Source: a virus | Lineage: Duplodnaviria; Caudoviricetes | Virus record (IMG/VR): IMGVR_UViG_3300020401_000081 | Span: 1-25,339 of that record | Length of the DNA stretch: 25,339 bases | Reading direction: 5' to 3' (one strand) | Part shown: piece after piece, positions 15,428 through 23,400 of the stretch | Position numbering within the stretch: position 1 is the first letter of the stretch | Layout of the letters: every line of letters begins with the position of its first letter | Position numbers and translations under genes: made by a program | Notes under the pieces: model-generated | The model's input: the letters and a program-made list of their open reading frames with translations, nothing else | The model's database searches: none | Told to the model about the DNA's origin: nothing

Positions 15428-17898
15428 TGGCTTTAAATTTAGATACAACTTTTAAACTAAAAGCAAAAGTTGAAGGTGCAAAATCTGTTGATAATTTTAA
15501 AAAACAATTAAGGGGATTAGACACTAGCTCGAAACTTAGCAAAGTACAGCTAGGTAAAATGAATATTGAAATTAACAGAATGGCTAGGGCTGCTGGTAAT
15601 ACAACAAAAGGTTTAAGGGAACATATTAGGGCATTAACTTTATTAAGGGACAGAACTGATATAGGTGGTAAGGCTTATAAAAGGTTAGGTAATCAAATCG
15701 ACAGATTAAAAAGTAAATTAAAAGGTTTAGACGGTCAAGCTGCTAGTACTGGTCAAAAATTAGCAGGTCTTGTTGCTACTTTAGGTGTTGGCAGGGGTAT
15801 TAGACGTATTATTGGAGGTGCTACAAGTTATGAAGCAGAAGTTACAAAAGCTGCTGCTATTGAAGGGGGTGGTAATAAAACACAACTTGATGATGCTATT
15901 AAAAGTACAGCACAAGTAGCAGCAGGTACGCCTACTGAAGTTGCACAGTTGGCTACTACTTTATCAAGAGCAGGTTTTAATGCAGATGAAATATCTGTAT
16001 CCCTAAGAGATATTGTGGCTGCTGCTGAAGCTACTGATGTGTCTTTTGCAGAAATGGGTTCTATTGCATCAAATAATTTAAGAGCTATGGGTTTAGAAGC
16101 TAACAGGGCAGGTGACGTTTTAGATATTTTAGTCTCTACTGCTAACAGTTCGAACCAAACAATAGGAGATTTAGGCGAATCATTAAAATATACAGCACCT
16201 ATGGCTAGAACTTTTGGTGTAAATATGAATGAAGCTGCTGCTATGACAGCACTTTTAGCAAATAGTGGTATTAAAGGAAGTGATGCTGGTACAGCCTTAA
16301 GACAAGTATTTACTAGATTAACAATGGCTGCAACAGGGGCTAACGGCGAACTTTTAAATTTAACCAAAGGTAATGCAAAACTGTCTAAAGCATTTAAACA
16401 TTTAGGAGCAGATATTTTAGATGCAAATGGTAATTTAAAACCTATGGATCAAGTAATAATGAGTTTAAGGGACAGTTTTCAACAAGTAGGTAATCTTGGA
16501 CAAAAAGCAGAAGTAGCTAAAGCATTATTTGGTCAACAGCAAGGTAGTAAAATATTAGCTCTTATAAACCAAACAGATTTAGATGTAGCAAAATTGTTTG
16601 ACACTATAAGAAATAGCGGTGGGACATCGGCAGAAACTAGAAAAAATATGGATAGCTTTGCTATGACTACAAAAGTTTTAGGAGGTAACTTTGAAATATT
16701 AACTAATCAAATTGGTGGTGCTTTTATAGCAGTTTTAGACCCTTTAGCAAAAATAATAAATCAATTTTTAACTGATTTATCAAAACTTCCTAAACCGATT
16801 AAAGATTTTGGTGCTGGTTTGGCTGCTGCTGGTTTGGCTGCTTTAGCTCTTAAAATAACAATGGTAACTCTGACAACTTTTGGAATTAAAGCTTTAATAT
16901 TTTCAAAAGTAGCAGCAGCGTTTGTGTTATTGAAAAAAGCTTTAATCGGAGCAAAAGTGGCAATGATAGCTTTTAATTTAACAAATCCTCTTGGATGGGT
17001 AGCTTTAGGAGTGGGAGCATTAGTACTTGCAATTGCAAAAATAAGAGAATTTAAAGATGAAATTGGTAACTTTTTTAAGGCCGTAAGAGATGGGCTTTAT
17101 AGATACGTTGTAATTGCATTTAATGCCCTTCCAAAATTTTTAAGAGAATTTTTAATTGGTAAAAATAACAGAGCAGCAGGTGATGATTTTACAATTACTT
17201 TGCCAGAAGTAAAACCACCAAAAGACCCAGAAAACATAGTTGAAGGTAAATCAAACTTAGATGCTGCTGGTGGTGGTATTACTCCTGAAACTGGTGATGA
17301 ACAAAAAACTGTATTAGATGGTATGAAAAGTGCTATAACTGATTATCAAGCAAAAGTAAATGATGTTGCTGGTAATGTAAAAAATGCAATGTCAAATGCT
17401 TTTCAAGGTATGGAAGATGCACTTGTTAATTTTGTTATGACAGGAAAACTTGCTTTTGGAGATTTAGCAAGATCAATAATTGAAAGTATGGCTCGTATAG
17501 CAATACAACAAACAATTATGAAACCATTTACTAATTGGTTTAGTGGTTTATTGGGTAATGCAAAAGGTAATGTTCTTCAAGGAGGAGAAGTTCAAAAATA
17601 TGCTTACGGTGGAACAATCGTAAATCGTCCCACTATGTTTCCTATGAAGAATGGAATGGGTTTAATGGGCGAAGCTGGTGCGGAAGCTATAATGCCGCTT
17701 AAACGTGGCAGTGACGGCAAATTAGGTGTAATGTCTCAAGGTGGGGGAAGTAATGTTGTAAATGTTTCAGTTGATGCTGGTAATACTAACGCTCAAGGTA
17801 ATAACGCAAAAGCACAACAATTAGGCAAAATGATAGGTCATGCTATTCAAGCAGAGTTAGTTAAACAGAAAAAGCCCGGAGGAATACTTTATAGCTAA
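15427..17898 (+). CDS. Tail tape measure protein (TP901-type core, lambda-type C-terminus)
   Basis: 823 aa, helical. Motifs LGESLKYTAP, LANSGIKGSDAGTALR, MEDALVNFVMTGK and MGEAGAEAIMPL. Confidence 0.95.
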   Translation: MALNLDTTFKLKAKVEGAKSVDNFKKQLRGLDTSSKLSKVQLGKMNIEINRMARAAGNTTKGLREHIRALTLLRDRTDIGGKAYKRLGNQIDRLKSKLKGLDGQAASTGQKLAGLVATLGVGRGIRRIIGGATSYEAEVTKAAAIEGGGNKTQLDDAIKSTAQVAAGTPTEVAQLATTLSRAGFNADEISVSLRDIVAAAEATDVSFAEMGSIASNNLRAMGLEANRAGDVLDILVSTANSSNQTIGDLGESLKYTAPMARTFGVNMNEAAAMTALLANSGIKGSDAGTALRQVFTRLTMAATGANGELLNLTKGNAKLSKAFKHLGADILDANGNLKPMDQVIMSLRDSFQQVGNLGQKAEVAKALFGQQQGSKILALINQTDLDVAKLFDTIRNSGGTSAETRKNMDSFAMTTKVLGGNFEILTNQIGGAFIAVLDPLAKIINQFLTDLSKLPKPIKDFGAGLAAAGLAALALKITMVTLTTFGIKALIFSKVAAAFVLLKKALIGAKVAMIAFNLTNPLGWVALGVGALVLAIAKIREFKDEIGNFFKAVRDGLYRYVVIAFNALPKFLREFLIGKNNRAAGDDFTITLPEVKPPKDPENIVEGKSNLDAAGGGITPETGDEQKTVLDGMKSAITDYQAKVNDVAGNVKNAMSNAFQGMEDALVNFVMTGKLAFGDLARSIIESMARIAIQQTIMKPFTNWFSGLLGNAKGNVLQGGEVQKYAYGGTIVNRPTMFPMKNGMGLMGEAGAEAIMPLKRGSDGKLGVMSQGGGSNVVNVSVDAGNTNAQGNNAKAQQLGKMIGHAIQAELVKQKKPGGILYS
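16812..16842 (+). repeat. 15-bp tandem duplication inside the tape measure gene
   Basis: TGCTGGTTTGGCTGC x2, encoding AGLAA AGLAA. Confidence 0.7.
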
Positions 17899-18266
17899 TG
17901 GCAACTTTTGACACACAAACAGTTGGATCGGATGTATCCCCAAGTTTTACTCCTAATTTAAGCATTGAAAATAATGTTATTACAAATAAATTAGGAGATA
18001 ATTATGAACAGCGTATAGTTGCTGGTTTAAATTCAACAGTAAGAACATGGACATTGCCTTTTAATAATCGAGATGATGTCTCAACAACAAATATTTTAAA
18101 TTTTTTAGCTAGTTCAACAGGTGGCAATAATGGTACAAAAAGTTTTAATTGGACTCCCCCTTATGGTAATACTGGCAAATGGGTATGTGAAAATCCAACA
18201 GTTGAAAAAGTTGCTTATAACATTAACAATATTCAATTAGTTTTTCGAGAAGTATTTGAAGCATGA
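17898..18266 (+). CDS. Minor tail protein M-like (distal tail)
   Basis: Motifs LGDNYEQR, GLN, SFNWTPP and FREVFE. Confidence 0.85.
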   Translation: MATFDTQTVGSDVSPSFTPNLSIENNVITNKLGDNYEQRIVAGLNSTVRTWTLPFNNRDDVSTTNILNFLASSTGGNNGTKSFNWTPPYGNTGKWVCENPTVEKVAYNINNIQLVFREVFEA

Positions 18267-19201
18267 CAATACCAATTGACGAATTACAAAAAACTAATCC
18301 AACAGCAATAATTACATTGTTTGAATTACAGTTAATTGAAGGCTTGCATTATCCAACAGGAAATCCTAGTAATCAAATAACTATTTATAGATGGCACTCA
18401 GGTGTCGCTCAAAATGCAACAGGAGAACTAATATTTGGTGGACAAACTTATAGTCAAATGCCTATAGATGCGGAAGGTTTTGATTATAAAGGTACTAATA
18501 AAGGATCAAATTTACCTAGACCAACTTTGAGAATAAGTAATTTATTATCAACTGTATCAACTATTTTACAAGAAATTAATAACATCACACCTAATAATGA
18601 TTTGATTGGTGCTGTATTAACAAGGAAACGAACCTTTGCCAAATTTATATCTGCGTCAAATACTAGCGGTCAAACTATAACTTATGTTGTTACTGTTCAA
18701 AATGTTGGTGGAGCTAATTATTTTTATATAAATGGTGTTTATAAACCCTCTTTAAGTTTAGTTGGAGGTAATACATATAGATTTATACAGTCAGATTCAT
18801 CTAATACAAATCACCCTTTAATTTTAAAAACTGCTAGTGGTTCAACAATTTTTAATAATCAAAATGGTGGTTTAGTGGCTACTGGAACAGCAGGGATTGA
18901 TAGAATAGTTGTTTATTTAGCAAGTACAAATGCAAGTTATAATGCTGCAAAATATTCATGCTCAGTACATGGCGATAATATGGGAAATACAATAAGTGTT
19001 TCAGCAGCACCAAGTAATCCAGACGAAGATGCTTCAATGCGTTGTGAAGATGATGTATATGTTATTGATAGAAAATCGTCTGAGAACAGGGAAATAGTTG
19101 AATTTGAGTGTGCTGCCAAACTCGACACTCCAACAGTACAATTACCAAGACGTCAGGCTTTGCCAAGAGAATTTCCGGGAATAGGATCATTTCATGCTTA
19201 G
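18263..19201 (+). CDS. Minor tail protein L-like with internal cupredoxin-like insertion
   Basis: gpL motifs PIDAEGF, PRPTLRISN, GAVLTRKRTFAKFI, IDRKSSENREIVEFE and LPRRQ. Insertion spans about aa 134-250. Confidence 0.85.
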   Translation: MTIPIDELQKTNPTAIITLFELQLIEGLHYPTGNPSNQITIYRWHSGVAQNATGELIFGGQTYSQMPIDAEGFDYKGTNKGSNLPRPTLRISNLLSTVSTILQEINNITPNNDLIGAVLTRKRTFAKFISASNTSGQTITYVVTVQNVGGANYFYINGVYKPSLSLVGGNTYRFIQSDSSNTNHPLILKTASGSTIFNNQNGGLVATGTAGIDRIVVYLASTNASYNAAKYSCSVHGDNMGNTISVSAAPSNPDEDASMRCEDDVYVIDRKSSENREIVEFECAAKLDTPTVQLPRRQALPREFPGIGSFHA

Positions 19202-19898
19202 TTGGCAACAAGAAGCAGAATTACATTCAAAACAATGTTATCCAGAAGAAGCTTGCGGATTAGTATATATATTTAAAGGTAAAACAAAATATAAAGCTTG
19301 TAAAAATATATCAATTAATCCCAAAGATACTTTTATTATTGACCCTTTAGAATATGCCGAAATTTTTGATAAAGCTTCAATTATAGGTGTTTTTCATTCT
19401 CACCCTATTGACCAACCCTATCCAACACCAGCAGATAAAGCGATATGTGAAAAATATAAATATAAATGGCATATATATTCTGTTGATTTCAACAACTGGT
19501 ACAGTTTTGAACCAAGTGGCTATAAAGCACCATTAGTGGGACGTGAATATGTATTTGGAATACATGATTGTTGGAGTTTAATAAGGGATTATTTTGAAAC
19601 TTTAAATATTAAATTAAGAGATTGGGATAGACCAATTAACCCTCAAGATTTTTGTGATAATCCCTATTTTGAAAATTGTTTTGAAAAAACAGGTTTTAGG
19701 GAATTAAAACCTAATGAAAGTTTAAAAGAAAATGATTGTATATTATTTTCGCTAAATAGTACTGGATTAAATCATATAGGGGTATTATTGAAGAATCAGA
19801 TGATTTTACATCACATAGAGGGTAGAGTGAGTTCAAAAGATTTCTATGGAGAATGGTTAATGAAATGTACAGGTAAGAGGATTCGTTATGTTAAGTAA
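19194..19898 (+). CDS. Tail assembly protein K (JAB/MPN + NlpC/P60)
   Basis: JAB motifs PEEACG and FHSHP...D. NlpC/P60 motifs DCWSLIRDY, NHIGV and ILHH. Confidence 0.92.
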   Translation: MLSWQQEAELHSKQCYPEEACGLVYIFKGKTKYKACKNISINPKDTFIIDPLEYAEIFDKASIIGVFHSHPIDQPYPTPADKAICEKYKYKWHIYSVDFNNWYSFEPSGYKAPLVGREYVFGIHDCWSLIRDYFETLNIKLRDWDRPINPQDFCDNPYFENCFEKTGFRELKPNESLKENDCILFSLNSTGLNHIGVLLKNQMILHHIEGRVSSKDFYGEWLMKCTGKRIRYVK

Positions 19899-20493
19899 AA
19901 TAAAACTATATGGCGAGCTTTCTGAAAAATGTAATGGCCATAATGAGTTACAAGCTGTATTAAATAGACCTGTTGATGCCATAAGATTTTTGATTAATAA
20001 TTTTAATAATTTGGAAAAACATATTATTGAAAATAATTATAAAGTTATTGTTGATGAAGAAAATATTGAAGAAGTTGAACTTAATTTTCCAAGTAGGCCA
20101 AAAGAAATAAAAATAATACCAGTAATAAGTGGATCAGGTAATGTTGGCAAAATTATTGCTGGAGTTGTTTTAATTGGTGCTGCTGTTGCTTTTAGTGGTG
20201 GTGCTGGTCTTGGCATTTTAGGTAAACCAATAGTATCGTCAGCTGGTGTTTTTAGTGGGGCTGCATTAGCTGGAAAAGTCGGAATGGTTTTACTTTTATC
20301 AGGTGTTGCAGGTTTGTTGTCTCCTACACCTGATGTTCCCGAAGAAGAAGGAGATCCTACAAAATCATTTAGTTTTAATGGGGTGCAAAATAACGCAAGA
20401 GCAGGTATTCCAATTCCGATTTGCTATGGTCATGTTTTAGTCGGTAGTATTCCAGTATCAGCTTCAATAACCACAGTTGACATAGAAGTATGA
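19888..20493 (+). CDS. Tail assembly protein I
   Basis: IKLYGEL start, IKIIPVISGSG, Gly-rich hydrophobic stretch, and SFSFNG...GIPIPICYG. Confidence 0.9.
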   Translation: MLSKIKLYGELSEKCNGHNELQAVLNRPVDAIRFLINNFNNLEKHIIENNYKVIVDEENIEEVELNFPSRPKEIKIIPVISGSGNVGKIIAGVVLIGAAVAFSGGAGLGILGKPIVSSAGVFSGAALAGKVGMVLLLSGVAGLLSPTPDVPEEEGDPTKSFSFNGVQNNARAGIPIPICYGHVLVGSIPVSASITTVDIEV

Positions 20494-23400
20494 CTAACAA
20501 TTTTATCAAAGGCTCTGGCGGGGGCGGTGGTGGTAAAGGTGGTGGCGGTGGTTCAAGGACACCAACAACCGCAAAAGATTCATTAAATAATAGAAGTTTT
20601 GCAAATATTTTAGATGTAATTTCGGAAGGGGAAATTGATGGAATACATGATCCCGGAGGTTTTACAAATAGTTTTCATCAATCAATTTTTTTTAATAACA
20701 CACCCTTAAAAAATGCTGATGGGACTGATAATTTTAATGATGTAAAAATAGATGTTAGAAACGGCACTCCTATACAAAATGTAATTACAGGCTTTAACAA
20801 AAGCTCAAGTCCTGTTCCTGTTAGTTTAGAAATAACAAAAAGTACTCCTGTTACTTTTACAATTACTGATACAAGTGTTACAAGTGTAATTATAGATATT
20901 GGGATTCCAGCCCTTCAAAAAGTAAACAAAGACGGTGACACGAAAGGTACTGAAGTTATATTTAAATTTTTAAAAAGTCAAAATAATAGTAGTTTTCAAA
21001 ATATAAGTATTAATGGCACTGTAAATCAAAAAATAACAGGCAGAACAGGCGACTTATATCAAAGGCAATATGAATTTAATATACAAGGTAATAATTTTCC
21101 TGTTCAATTTCAAGTACAACGAATAAGTGATGATGATTCAACAATTAATAATAATAACAGTGATAATTTAATTAATCATACAAGTGCAATACAATTAAGG
21201 TCTTATCAACTTGTAAAAGATTTTGATAATCCTATACAAGGTACTTTTTCACAGTCAGGCACTACTATTACAGTTAATACAACTGAGCCACATACTAAAG
21301 TTCTTGGAGATAGTTTAGGTTTTGAATTTATAAATGACGGTACACATCAACAATTTACTTTTAGTGGCAATAATCAAGTTAAAAATAATAATTATACAGG
21401 TGCTAGTAATGGTAACTTTCAAATTGCATCAATTATTAGTAGCACAAGTTTTACAGTTGAACATACTGAATCAAAAAACGTAGCTAATGGTTCTTGTAAA
21501 TTTTATAGGGTATTAAATTATCCAAACTCAGCTTTAGTTGGTATTAAATTAGATGCTGAACAATTTAATTCAATACCAAGAAGAGCGTTTTTAATAAATG
21601 GTATAAAAGTAAAAATTCCAGCAGCAAACTCAACTGGTACACCAGTTGTAGTGAGAAACGCTACTCAGGCTGCCAGTTTAGGTATTTCAAATGCAAATCA
21701 AATTAAAAGTTTTGGTTTTATACATTATCCAAACGGATACATATTTGATGGTAATTTAACTGCTGCTCAATATACAAATGACCCTGCTTTTTGTTTGTTG
21801 GACATTTTATTATCTGAAAGATATGGTTTAGGTCAATTTTTAAAGTTAAGTGATTTAGATATATATAGTTTTTATTCAATTAGTAAATATAGTTCCGAGT
21901 TAGTAACTTTTAAAGACAGAAGAAATGATGGTCAAGTGGAAACAATCAAAGAGCCTAGATTTTCTTTGAATTGTGTTATTCAAAAAAGGGAAGATGCTTT
22001 TAAAATCATCAATAATCTTTGTTCAGTATTTAGGGGTATGCCATTATACTCTGCTGGATCGTTAACTTTATTACAAGATCGAGATGGTTTAGATCCTACA
22101 TTTATTTTCAATAAAACAAACGTAACTCCTGATGGTTTTACTTACTCAGGTTCATCTCAAAAAACAAGAGCAAATATCGCAGTTATTAAATATTTTGATA
22201 ATGAACTAAGAGACTCAGCTTATGAAGAGGTTATTGACGAAGATGATGTAGCAAAATATGGAGCAATAACAAAAAATTTAAATAGTTTTGGCGTAACATC
22301 TCGAACTCAAGCTAGACGTCTTGGCAAATGGTTTTTAACAACATTAAAAACTGAAACTGAAACTGTTAATTTCACAACCACATTAGAAGCAGGCTCTTTA
22401 TGCAGACCCGGACAAATAATCGAGATACAAGACCCTGTTAAAAGCGGTGTCAGAAGAGGTGGTCGAATTTTAAATATTCAAACTGTAAATAATAATCATG
22501 TTATTACTACTGACGAAGCAAACCTTCCTAACAATTTAACAAGTACTGTAAGTGTAATAATGTCAAACGGACAATTTAGTAAAAAAAATGTATCCACAAT
22601 AAATACTTCAAATAAAACAATAACAATAAATGGCAAATTTGATATTTTGGTAAATGACTCAAATGGAAATAAACCTTTTTTAGATTCTTTACAACCAAAT
22701 CCTGATTATGTAAAAACCACACAAGTAGCAACACCTAATTTAAATTCAGTTTGGATTTTAGAAACTACAGGGAACTCACAACAAACAATTCTTTCACAAC
22801 AATTTAAAGTTATATCTGTTGAAGAAGAAGACGATTATATGTATTCAATAACAGCAGTGTCACATAATGAGTCTAAATATGCTCATGTAGAGCAACTAGA
22901 AACTTTAATTCATCGAGATATAACTAATTTAGATGAAATACCGACAGCCCCAGAAAACTTTTCTAATGCTGTTTTGTCTGATGGTAGCACTGTAAATTAT
23001 CCAATTGAATCATTATATAAATATAGAGATCAAGTAAAAGTAAGAGTTATAGTTCAATGGAAACCAGTTGTAGGCATTAGTAAATACGAATTGATTTATA
23101 ACCAAGATAATAAGAGTGAAATTGTTGTAACAACTCAAAGCCCTAGTTTTGACATTGATGATGTCAATGTAAATACTGCCACAAGCTCAATTTTTAACTT
23201 TAAGGTAAAATCTATAAGTGGATCAGGCCGAAAATCAACAGATACTTTAGAAACTTCTTTAACAGTTCAAGGTAAAAATTCACTCCCAAGTCAAGTTAGT
23301 TCAGATTTTAGTGGTCAAATAGATTCTAATTTAGGAATACAATTATCATGGACTCCAATAGAAGCTATCCCACCATTTTTTAGAGATCTTGATATAAGGG

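Noticed and set aside
16812-16842. Tandem repeat as a contingency locus
   Set aside because: Only two in-frame copies in an Ala/Gly-rich tape measure segment, which is ordinary.
20511-20552. G-rich run, possible G-quadruplex or repeat
   Set aside because: Encodes the Gly-rich GGGGKGGGG N-terminus usual in gpJ proteins.
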